DNA of 64,000 nt, taken from NCBI RefSeq assembly GCF_037042905.1, contig NC_087251.1, positions 16,742,001-16,806,000 on the forward strand, given 5' to 3'. Both the position numbers and the translations under genes were made by a program. How positions within the stretch are numbered: position 1 is the first letter of the stretch; each line of letters opens with the position of its first letter. This document shows, piece by piece, positions 12,447 through 24,240 of this stretch. Under the pieces are notes generated by a model. The model did no database searches and had not been told where the DNA came from. It was given only the letters and a program-made list of their open reading frames with translations. The DNA comes from Lytechinus pictus. Lineage: Eukaryota.

Positions 12447-14110
12447 GTCCCAGTCCATCAACTTTCGATAAAAGCCTCTCAGCTCTCCATTGTGATTTTA
12501 ATAGCATTTTCAAAGGAATCGATGCGTTGTAGAGTTTCCCTGTAGTAAATGCGAAAGCAACATATTTTAACACGCTCTGCAACAGTTCCTGTGATTATTA
12601 TGTGAGTTATATTCTTATGTTTCAAGAAAAATACTTTTTAAAAATAAAATAGTAAATGGATATGTATGTATTCTGTAATTCATTTTGTTGGTATAAATGA
12701 GATGTGGGGGTATTTTATGTCATGTTTTCAGTCATTAAATGAATGTGATTTTTATTAAAACTTATGGTTTGTTTCTTTGATGGTCGTCAGTGAGTTTTCC
12801 ACACTAAATTATAAATAAAATAACCTCTTTTTAAGATAGAAGGGAGTGATCAGAATGATTGACGAACAACATAAATATTAACAATAATTGAAAAAAAGGA
12901 AAGTCTCCTAATTTCAGCCAACTAACATGTCAGGCTCAAAACGTAAAAAGACGAAATTAGTACACGGCCGAAAAAAGAATAAAATATACAAGTTGGTATT
13001 ACGAGGTATAATTTATATTATAATTTGTTTACAATTCTAGAATAAAACTCACAGATGAATACATATATGAATAACAGAACATATAAAAAGATGAATTATG
13101 AATTAATAAATAAATAGATATCAATAAATAAACAAATGAATATGTAAAGATCGAAGAAGAAGGAAAATAGAGGAAAATTAAGTAACTAATCAACCCGATC
13201 TTAATTCTTTGATTATAGCCTTACCTTCTTCAAGCAGAGAACCCTTAAAGAACCTCACAAGATCCTGGATGAATGTCAAATATCTTATCGTTCCATGGTA
13301 AAATATTACAGAGATTTTAAAGTTATATATAACTTATTTTTTGTATACATCGACATCGATGCCATATAACGCCGGAGAACTGAATGTATAAATCGCGTCA
13401 CAGGCAGACATGGACAGATATGCAGACTTAGATTGCATGAATGGGGTGAATTGTGATAATTTGAAGAAAAAAAAACGAAAAGAAGGGGGGGGGAGGCTGG
13501 GGAAGAAATTAGAAAAACAAAGACATAACAGTATAAAAAGGTCAGAGAATCTTGGGACTTTAATTGTGTCATAATACCCCTATTTAATCGAGGAGTAAAA
13601 TCACCTTCAAGTCATCTTAACCCTTCTAACAGCATACACTGATGCCGCCCATAAAACAGATCAATTTATTAGTCTACGATCACTGGCAGATCCCCTTTTG
13701 AAAATAAAGACTTTTTTTTGGGGGGGGGGGCTTGCTTGTCATTTTTTATCGTGGATGAAATATCCATATTTTTTGTTGTTGAAAACCTTTTTTCCCCTCG
13801 GGAAAATGTGCCCCGGCCCCCCTGGATAATCCTGGATCCGCCCCTGTCTATGATGTTGCACATAATAAACGTTTCCTCCACTGGTTTTACATAAGACATA
13901 ACAGAAAATTTAACCCGTTGGCATGACTATTCTAATAAGATAAACATTAAAGAAAATTATTGCACGTACTCTTAGACATGGCAAATAATGGACGTTATTA
14001 ATGTACGATATGAATAAAACAAGAAACATAATCATTGTAAGTTATGCAAAGAGGTGTCGACAATTGATTGACAGAAACACGAAGCATGATTGAAGTGGGG
14101 TGCGTGGTGG

Positions 14111-14141
<31 letters not shown>

Positions 14142-15983
14142 TTAATGGTTGTGTGCAGGCAACCCAGGCAAGGGACCCATTCACGGCTTGTTACACGCAC
14201 GAATTAGGGATAAGTCTTGCTTGAACATTTCATATCACCTATCAATATCGCCGGCTTCAATTCTAGGAGTTTATTTCGCAGCAAACCTCATAGTTGAGTA
14301 ATTGTATGATATTTTTCTCTCTAAAAAAATCACGAGATATGTGAATAGGGAGCAGCAGTAAGAAAAAGAAGATTGGGAGATGCAGATATTCGAGATAAAA
14401 GCATGATTGGACCTATTATGAGAAGGTCAACACATACTCAATCAGGAAAGCATTAAGTCGGTGACACAACATTTGCTACCAGAGGCGTCGATCCTGGGGG
14501 GCAGGGGGGCATGCAGGGGGGAGGGCGATCGCTCCAATGGAAAATCTGCACGTTAAGCCAAACATAAAATCTTACCTTCAAAACTAAATAAAACCCCAAT
14601 CCTTATCATTACATAATTTTGAACCGAAAATGAGCAAGGAGCTAGTTCGAAATTTCAATGTGAAAATCAAATCACAAAATATTATTTGCAGAAAGCTCAA
14701 ATTGCCTTACTAACAAATCCGTCGTTGATAATTGATAATTTTTGAAATATTGGACAAGTTTGTGAGTGCATGATTTATATAATATTGGACACATGCACCC
14801 AGGGCATGGGAGCTATTTTTTTTACTGGGGGTGTTGATGTAAATTTGACAAGGCAAAAAAAAAAGAGGTCTCACTACAAAATGAAGGTTTATTTCCGAGA
14901 AATTTCAGAAGCCCCCCCCCCCCCAAAAAAAAAAAGGTTTCACTACACACTACAAAATGAAGGTCATTTGGTTCCGAGAAATTTGACAAGCAAAAAAAAA
15001 AAGGATTTCACTACAAAGTATAGGTCATTTTGGTTTCATTTTTTCCATTATTTTGTTAACACCTACCAGAATTCTAGGGGAGCAGCTTATGGAGTATAAT
15101 ACATGCAGCATCAAGGGCCATACATGTAACCTTAAAATGGTAGGGCTATTTGGTGATTGGCTATTTCATATCACCCATTGGCATTCTCGTTACAAAGTGA
15201 TACTGAGGTTCGAGGTTCGATCCCTAGCTGATCAAATCTATCAGATGGTGACGTAAAATATAATCATACTTTTGACTGAGAAACGCCTAGCTGACAAAAC
15301 TCAATCACACATAGACATTCTGAAATGGCCCATGTGTAAACTTAATTCCTATAAATATAAGAAACATTTCCCTCCCAAATAAGCACAAGGAGATAAAGTA
15401 ACGATAGACATAGAGAGATGCAATGATGGAGATAATAATTTCAGTATACCTGACGTTACATGGAGGGTGGTAGGAAATGGGATAATGGGTGATAAGCCCT
15501 CTCTTCTAAGAAAGAGTAGCCCCCTATACAGTGCGTCCCAGAAAAAAACGAAACCGAGATTTATCGATGATTTATCATAACTTGATCACACATACAATAG
15601 CCAAGTGACCTACCATTGTAAAGCTTAGAATCTCCTCTTTCATCTGACATTACTTAGATTATTCCTCATTCACATATCAGTGCAGTACCTAGACCAAAAG
15701 CTTCGGTCTCTGTTATGTTGGTTGTTCAGCTGAACTCCGTTGGCTTCACTTGTACGAGGAGAATAAAAAAATAAAAAAATGTTAAAAAACTCCTCGAAAC
15801 AGACGGCTGCCAGCTGTCTATGCAGTACCCAGCATAGGCCTACAGGGTAGGGTCTACCTTTTTTCAATTTACTTTTGTCTCTTTTAAGCATCCATTCTAC
15901 GCTAGTTCTGTTCAATTGAATTCAGGGACAGGGACTGAAGAGTGAGGGAAAATCGGATTAAAAAACAGCTGAAATCTTCCAAG

Positions 15984-16022
15984 ATGTGTGGAGAATGTGT
16001 CAAAAGTAAATGCCCAGATAGG
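15984..16022 (+). CDS. CHURC1: Churchill zinc-binding protein, exon 1; model join(15984..16022,22604..22742,26662..26732,28607..28699), 113 aa
   Basis: MCGECVKSKCPDR followed by a GTAGGT donor. Matches the Churchill N-terminal MCxxCV motif. Confidence 0.88.
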
Positions 16023-16542
16023 GTAGGTTGAACTTAGGTCGTAATGATTTGTGCAAGGTAGATAAGAATCTGTTTAAAAACGCCGGGAACTTGAGTTGTG
16101 CTTGGGAGTTGTGTACGTGCGCAAACGACCGGTACGGTACCGTACTGGGTCTCTCTGCCGGGGGGCCGGCGGGGCAGCGGGGCCCCGAACCTGGCTAGCC
16201 AGGATGTAGACCGATATTCTGTCAGGGATATGCTCCGCTCCGCTGAGACTTCGTCTGGCTCCTTGAGATCCCCTCCGTCAATTATGATGGCCATTGGGCT
16301 CGTAGTGGTGTAGACAGCTGTCTGTTTCGAGGAGTTTTTTAAAACATTTTTTAAATTTTTTAAAATTTTACTCGTATCGTACACAGTCACAGTGCACAGA
16401 CGGCTCGCGATCGTACGTACAGCCGTCATTGACATTATTTTTTTTAGCACTATAAATACTTAGGCCTAGGGGGTTAACAATGCAAAATCCCCCCGACGGG
16501 GCTCATCGATTTTCGTCTCTATTTCATAAAAATGAATAAAAA

Positions 16543-18710
16543 AATTCTGTAATCTTCGGCCTGTAAGTAATCTGAAGTATGTACCATGTATCAAAGCTTG
16601 AGTTGTGGAAGGTGCTGCATATACGCAAATAATGAATCACCTTGACCGCAACTCTCTTCTTCCAATTAATCAGTCAGCCTACAGACAGTATCACAGTACT
16701 GAAACCACACTGTTAAGAATTAAGAGTGATAATATTCTCATGGCTATGGATGATAAGAACGTCACCTTATTACTTTTATTAGATCTTAGTAGCACATTCG
16801 ATACCATTGATCATACTAACCTATTGCATACACTAAACAAATACTTTGGTATTAAGGGTGTAGTACTTGACTGGATAGAATCATATTTAACCGACAGATG
16901 TCAGCGGATCCAAATTGATGAAACTGTTTCTGATATTTTCTCAGTACCTTTCGGAGTCCCGCAAGGGTCCCGTCTCGGCCCTCTACTGTTCACTTTATAC
17001 ACAAGTCATCTCATTACAAATATACATAGTATATTTCCTCAAGTATCTTGTCACTGCTACGCAGATGACACACAGGTCTATCTGTCTTTTACGCCAGACT
17101 TGCTTGCTCAGCAGCAGAGCATCTCTCTTCTAGAAGATTGGGCCGTATGCATAAAAACAAGCAATTGCTTGTGCTAGCCTTTTGCTTGAATCGGTATGCA
17201 CACAAACAAGCAATTGCTTATAAGCAAAAGCTTTTGCTTACAAGCACAAACAATTGCTTACTACTCGTAAGCAAATGCTTACCAAACAAGCAATTGCTTA
17301 AAACCGTATGCATAAAACAAACCTTTTACTTGTCTTAATAAGCAATTGCTTGCGTTTTTTCAAGCACCTCCGGACCAGCTTGAGCTCTTGCTTACTCATG
17401 GCATTCTCGTTTAAGGATTAAATTTTCATACCGTTTCAAGATCCATATTCCAGAGGTTATGTTGTGATTTCATATCTAATCAAATTCCTGTTATTTTAGA
17501 ATTTTTACGGCAATTTTTGTCCATCGATCTACACAGAAACCCCCCTGATGCTCTGCGCTGTTTTCCCCCTATTTGCGTAATAAAAAATACTGCTGCCAGG
17601 TCGGGCACGAAGCGTCGTTGTCCTACTGTGCGATGTTCGCACAACCGTAACGATCCTTTGTCCAACACATAAGCAATTGCTTAGGCAGTGCAAGCAAAAG
17701 GTTTCAGCACAAGCAAAAGCTTGTGCATACGAATTTAAACAATTGCTTGAACTTGCCCTTTTGCTTGACCAGCTCTTGCTTTTGCTTAAAGCATTTGCTT
17801 ATAAGCAATTGCTTGTCTTTATGCATACGGCCCATTGTGTTGGTTATATATGTGACTGAATGTTGCATATCAGCAAAACAGAATTGCTAGTTATCGGCAC
17901 ATCTAAACAACTGAATAAGCTAGATTTTGACGGGATATCAGTTGGCAGTTCAGTGATAGAACCAAATTCTAATGTAAGAAATCTTGGAGTATTTTTTGAC
18001 TCGCAATTGAATATGGAAGCACATATTACCAATGTGTGTAAATCTTCATTTAATATGATATACAACCTCAGACGTATACGAAAATACTTTGACAATGAAA
18101 GCATGAAAACAATTGTCCATGCATGCATTATTAGTAAGGTAGATTATTGTAACAGTTTGCTGTATGGGCTCCCCTCGTCTCAAATTGGGCGTCTTCAGCG
18201 AGTACAGAACGCATGTGCACGGCTGATTTGTAGTCAATCTAGATTTTCAAGGATCACCCCTGTCTTAAAAGACCTGCACTGGCTTCCAGTTCGCCAACGA
18301 ATATCTTTCAAGATTTTGTTAATCAAATACAAGGCACTAAGAGGGCCAAGCCCCCAGTTATATTTCTGAGCTTTTACAAAGAAAAGTTCACAGACACTCT
18401 CACAACCTGCGCAGTTCTCATGATAATTTGCTCCTTCATATCCCCACTCATAATACAACTTTGGGAGATCGTGCTTTTGCCTGTGCAGCCCCAAAATTAT
18501 GGAATGCTTTGCCGTATGTAATAAGATCATGTCCATCAGTAGAAACGTTCAAACTTAAACTAAAAACCTATCTGTTCAAATAATTCCCATACATTTATTT
18601 ACCCCCTTTTCTAATTTTGTTCTCAAGCATCTCACCAGCTCTTAATTGCAGCGCAGTAGAATATATGCACAGTTTCTGCGCTATATAAATTAGTATATAT
18701 TATATTATAA
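16543..18710 (+). mobile_element. 5'-truncated, decayed L2/CR1-group LINE (RT domain) in CHURC1 intron 1, interrupted by a MITE
   Basis: RT motifs QSAYRQYHSTET, LLDLSSTFDTIDH, GVPQGSRLGPLLF and YADDTQ; C-terminal VRNLGVFFD, DYCNSLLYGLP and LHWLPVRQRISFKILL. In-frame stop at 17857-17859, frameshifts and an AT-rich tail. Confidence 0.9.
17140..17833. mobile_element. PIF/Harbinger-like MITE with 3-bp TSD (ATT)
   Basis: TIRs gggccgtatgcataaaaacaagcaattgctt / aagcaattgcttgtctttatgcatacggccc, with subterminal AAGCAATTGCTT palindromes. Removing it restores the LINE frame LEDCVGYICD. Confidence 0.88.
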
Positions 18711-18717
18711 ACAAGCA

Positions 18718-18987
18718 GGGCCCTGTCTTACAAAGAGTTACGATTGATCCGATCAATAGCAACTATGGACGGCCAGCAACGTCAACATCTATTAATCATG
18801 TTTGTTCCAAATATTTTCTAACTATGGTGTATATTCATGCATTCATTGTTTTCTTGAAATTTCACTGTGCTTCTCTCTGCATACAAAGGTCATTGTGCAT
18901 ATTTTTCCTAGAAAAAATTATGACACTGATGGATTTCCAGTGAGTTACGATTGATCGGATCAATCGTAGCTCTTTGTAAGACGGGGC
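18718..18987. mobile_element. MITE family A, copy 2
   Basis: TIR gggccctgtcttacaaagagttacgattgatccgatcaat and its inverse. Confidence 0.82.
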
Positions 18988-20720
18988 TTTAACTAGAAAG
19001 TGAAAGACTTGAGTAACAAGGAAACATTATTTTTCACCCTACAATTAACACATTTGCGTTTCACTATTGGTAACCAACGTCTTATCATGGTAACTGACAT
19101 TACATATATTGGTAACTACTAAACTGACATTACAGTTCCACGTGGTATCTGACATTACATGTATTTAATGGTACCCCTATGACTTGACTGTTACTTTTAA
19201 GTGTTATAATAGTCAGCTAGATCACAGGGGAAAACATCATGATCAAACTTGTTCTTTAAAAATCTGTTGAAACAAAATATGTGTCAATATACTGTTTTCA
19301 ACACTTATTTGTATCCATACTTTGGAGGCCATTTCAAAATATAAAATGGCCACCAGAGTTGAAAAAAAAATTGTCCCAGAAGCTTCAGGTCTTGATTTAT
19401 TAAAAAAACATAAAGAATTTGACTTAAATATCAGTTTGTTTTTTGCCTCTGTGTCCATCTGTGGCAAAAATGCCCCTACATTTATACAGTGCATATAAAA
19501 AAAAGTTTACACTTATATAATCCTATAATTGTATATTTGTAAAATCCAGAATTTTTTCCACAATATTCTAGAATCAAATGCTCTGTAAACATAAACTTTC
19601 TTAAAGTTATGAACTTTACTAACAACGTTTATCATAGCCATTTTTAGCATTGTTTCTGTAAATAGTATTTTTTTCCATTGCCTAATTAATTTCACACTTA
19701 TTTTACCAACTTAACATGTTTGTAGCTGTGAAATTTTCATATTTTCCTTGTCCTTGGTTACTTTTCATGCAAAGTTTTGTTTATGCTCCTCTAACATTAA
19801 TTCACATTTGTATTTCTTGCGTATACCTGACAAATATAAAATAAATTTGAGTTTTCACGTGCAGCCTTTTATACTTTCCGTTTTAGTCTCATACATTCAG
19901 AAACGTTTATTTCGTTTACTCCATTTAAACCTTATTTTTACCTCAACAAACAACATTTAAAGCATAATTTGTAAAGTTCTCATATCAAAATAACATATAA
20001 TAAAAATTCAGAATATTGAAATAACATAATGTTGAAATTACTTAGTTACTTCAAAGTTAAATTTCGGACAAGGGTTCTCTTTCATTGAAATATCAATGAA
20101 GTGTGTCCTTAAAAGGGCACCGTGTTCTAGATAAGAGGAATAATGAAAATTTCGATTTTATCATGTTTTGTTTGTGAATCTTTAGAGCTGTTTCTCCATT
20201 TACCTCATAAAATAAGCACCATACACCAATTCTACAAATTATAACAAATAAAAAATTATTTGATCTCCATTTTATTTGTTGAAACATGATTTCATGAAAA
20301 GTTGTCATTCCATAATAAAAGGTTCAGGTGACGATGAAGACTAATTATTTTGCCAATACTAATGTTAACAAAGGATGTCTCGATTTTAGAAGACAAAATT
20401 ATCTTCAGGAAATATTGCCAATCTTCCTATGTCGGAAGAATGGTCCTTGGACTCCTACATATCGCTCATTGTAGAGGATGGGCAAAATCTAAATTGTCAC
20501 CCCCCGAGATTTCTACTTACCATGTAAAGGTTTTAATCCTAAATCATGTAGATCTAGAGTAAAGACTGGTTGAACTTATGTTGGAGGCGAATAACAGACC
20601 AGTAGTCAGTTCTTTATAACGTTTTTACAACAGACATTTATTAGGTTATTAACTGCAACAACATCATCTTCACTGCTCCGTCATCTTGGTAGCAGCCATA
20701 GCTTTCTCAGTAGAAGTGAT

Positions 20721-21250
20721 CCCGGGGGGGGGGGGGGGGGGGGGCACTCAGTATATAATGCATAGTGGGTATGTGCCGCGGAGGGGACCCCCATTTTTAC
20801 ACTCAAATTTCCGTTCCGAGGCATAGCATTTTTGTCTTATTTAGAAAAAGAACAAAGAAAGCCGCTCCAAAGCATAGCATTTTCTTCTTCTCGAGAAAAA
20901 AAGAAGAAAAAAATCCGCTCCAGGGCTTCGCATATTTTCCGTTACGCCGTTCCGGTCGCAATTTTGGTGAAAAGCGGCCGCAGCTTGCTGTCTGACCATC
21001 GCCTCTGCGCTAGCGCGCCCGGCAGTCGTGCCGCAGCCCAGCTGCATGCACGTTCCATAGGGATGCATACGCACTCGCACGCAGGCGACCCGTTCCAAGG
21101 ACCCCCGTTTTCACAAACATTTGTAGTTCCGGAGCCCGTTCCGAGGACCCTCCTTTTTACAATAAGCCCGCTCCAAGGCCCCCGTTTTTTGTCTCGCCCG
21201 CGGCACACCCCCACCACTTTTTTGGTCGAGTGCCCCCCCCCCCCCCCGGG
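20721..21250. mobile_element. GC-rich non-autonomous TIR element with CCCGGG ends and 8-bp TSD (hAT-like)
   Basis: Ends cccggg(g)n-cactc / gagtg(c)n-ggg. gaagtgat at 20713-20720 and 21251-21258. Confidence 0.85.
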
Positions 21251-22126
21251 GAAGTGATCACGTGTAATAACATAGTATAGTCTATGCTTGCAGACCTTTA
21301 TCAGTTATCACCACAAAGACAAGTGCCCAAATATCGGACAATTTGTTGTCAGCATAATTGGACCAAAACAAAAATACAATCATGTGTACATGTATTTCTA
21401 TGGTACAAATGTTGAAGATTAATGTCATAAAAAATAGAATTTTAAAAAATGTAAAGGGAAATTATTTACTTTCTACCAGCGAAGCTTATTTTTTTGCCAA
21501 ATAGCAGACGCAGTTTCCAAATATCAGATGCGAAAGGTGGTACGCCACGATCAATTTCAGCAATTTAAACCGTGATCTAAACCCCAAAACAATTGCTTGA
21601 TTGTTGAGAAAACTACTTATCAGCTGTGCAAATGCCGATTTTGATTATTACTATCAATAATTTTGATATAGAAATCTGTATTTACTTACCAGTGGACATA
21701 TTTTGGCTCTAAACATCGATGTCTTCGCTCAGTACCGTGTTACTTCGTTCTGAAAAACGAGCACGGATAATGAAAAAAAAATTGTTATTGCAGTTATCTT
21801 TTTTTTAACAACCATCATTATTCTTATCATCTTTGACTGTCATAATTCCCCCCCCCCCCCACTAACAAAAAAAACCCTTATCTGGAGGTTATTCACGGGT
21901 GACCAACACTCTATTCACTCATGCATGCAGCAATTACTCAGATGAAATAAAAATCAAGATGATTGATCCAGGCCACTTCTGGATACAATACATGCTTCGG
22001 CCACAAATCCTCATGTATCATCCTCCGATGAGAATTTTATTGCATAATATCCTATGAATTACAACACCGTTTTTGTTACTAAAATAAGTTTTCATTTTCG
22101 GAAAAACAAACCTTTTTTTTTTCGTT

Positions 22127-22246
22127 TTCGGACTAACGAACCTTCGGACCAATGAACCTTTGGAATAACAAACCTTTTGAATAACAAACCTTTGGAGTTA
22201 GGAGTATTCAAACCTTTGGAATAACAAACCTCTAGAATAACGAACA
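22127..22246. repeat. Degenerate ~15-16-bp tandem repeat (ggaataacaaacctt)
   Basis: Direct reading. Confidence 0.7.
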
Positions 22247-22603
22247 TCACCTGTTTTGGGAGGACAAGTTTACCTATAAAATTGGAGGAGTGTTTCAGAC
22301 CCAGACCAAAAATGCAAGGCTATCGCCTAAATTTCAGCAACATCTAACATAAGAAAGGGCCTATTTTGGCTTTGATGCCATTCCATCAAAAACATATTCT
22401 TGCTTTGACTTCCTTCTGTAGGTGCACCACCAGTAGCGTGTTTCATAAATGCTTACAACTATTGTGATTTCCATAGAAATCTTGATTGTGATTGGCTACT
22501 GAGCCCTGTTACCATGGAAGATGCCATTATGGCAAAGTTATGAAACTGCAATCTGATCATTGTGGGCCCTTTTTCACCATTTGCTTCCATTTTTTTTTGT
22601 CAG

Positions 22604-22742
22604 GGCAACATATGTTTGGACAATGGCTCTTACATTCTCAATTTTGACCACTGTGCTGAGTGCCAGAAACGAGAGCCAATCAAGATCACACAGAGGAATG
22701 TAGAGGTCAAAGATGATGGAGAGGAGGTCATATCTTATGAAC
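22604..22742 (+). CDS. CHURC1: Churchill exon 2
   Basis: CAG acceptor; GNICLDNGSYILNFDHCAECQKREPIKITQRNVEVKDDGEEVISYE; GTAAGT donor, phase 1. Confidence 0.93.
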
Positions 22743-22903
22743 GTAAGTTGTTAGAGTCTTGTTAGATTTATAACCTGATGTCAAGTTGGTTTTGATGAAA
22801 ACATAAAATGAGAGATAAATATTCATGAAAGTTTGACAAAAAATCCACAATAGAATAACAGTTAAAAATTTTTTGTTGTCTGTTGTCATCTACAGGTATG
22901 TTG

Positions 22904-23861
22904 TTTTTGTCTCACCTGCGAAGCAAAGTGAGACTATAGGCGCCGCTTTTCCGGCGGCGGCGTCAACACCAAATCTTAACCGAAGGTTAAGTTTTTGAAA
23001 TGACAGCATAACTTAGAAAGTATATGGACCTAGTTCATGAAACGTGGCCATAAGGTTAATCAAGTATTACTCAACATCCTGCCTGAGTTTTGAGTCACAT
23101 GACCAAGGTCAAAGGTCATTTAGGGTCAATGAACTTAGACCATGTTGGGGGAGTCAACATCAAAATCTTAACCTAAGGTTAAGTTTTTGAAATGTCATCA
23201 TAACTTTGCCTGCCTGAGTTTTGAGTCACATGACCAAGGTCATTTAGGGTCAATGAACTTTGGCCAAATTGGGGGTATTTGTTGAATTACCATCATAACT
23301 TTAAAAGTTTATGGATCTGATTCATGCAACTTGGACATAAGAGTAATCAATATCACTTCACATCCTGTGCGAGTTTCAGGTCACATGATCAAGGTCAAAG
23401 GTCATTTAAGGTCAATGAACTTTGGCCAAGTTGGGGGTATTTGAAGAATTACCATCATAACTTTGAAAGTTTATTGGTCTAGTTCATACAACTTGGACAT
23501 AAGAGTAATCAAGAATCACTAAACATCCTGTGCAAATTTTAGGTCACATGACCAAGGTCAAAGGTCAATGAACTTTGGCCATGTTGGGGGTACATGTATC
23601 TGTTGAATTACCATCATAACTTTGAAAGTTTATAGATTTAGTTTATAAAATGTGGATATAGGGGTAATCAAGTATCACGGACAAGTCTTAGGTTGCATGA
23701 TCAAGGTCAAATATCATTTATTGTCAATGAACGTAGTATTGTATCATTATATGAATGGTGTTTTTTGTGAATAATTATTTTATAGTAGTTTTCAAAGTCA
23801 GCACTGCTGCTATATTGAATCGCGTGATGCAGGTGAGACTGCCAGAGGCGCTCCACTTGTT
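22904..23861 (+). mobile_element. Helentron/DINE-1-like non-autonomous element with central tandem repeats
   Basis: Starts in a T-run. SubTIR gtctcacctgc (22909) with a nearby gtgagac inverted repeat and a (GGC)n tract, then ~110-125-bp ggtcacatgaccaaggtcaaagg units. 3' subTIR gcaggtgagac (23829), ending in TT. Confidence 0.7.
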
Positions 23862-24240
23862 GATATGTTCCAGCAATCAACATTTTTACTCAGAAATTTT
23901 GATATGATTTAACATGTGTATTCAATCAGACACATTATTCCATACAAGCTTCATAGAAATAAAAATCACTCACTCATGAAACTTAAAAGAGTTGCTTGCA
24001 TGTGATATCACAAAATCTAAATATAAGTAAGTTATGATCTGATGGAAAATATTTTTCTTTTATTTTTTCTGAGCACATTAGGTTGGACTTTCTCTTTTGA
24101 ATGATTAACTTGACCCAAATAGAAATAAAATCAGAATAAAATCAAACAAGCAAACGTATATAAAGTAGAATATTTATCTTAAAAACCAGAAAGGAAAAAA
24201 ATTCATTTAATATCATACCATGATATTAAATGAATTTAAT

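Noticed and set aside
15200..15235. tRNA gene from the GGTTCGATCCC B-box
   Set aside because: No cloverleaf or A-box; at most a decayed tRNA-SINE fragment.
15528..15710. Complete Tc1-like element upstream of CHURC1
   Set aside because: Only one TA-CAGTG end is visible; no matching second TIR found.
20765..21257. Overlapping GC-rich ORFs (also 54116-54460)
   Set aside because: They lie within a non-autonomous TIR element and have no domain signature.
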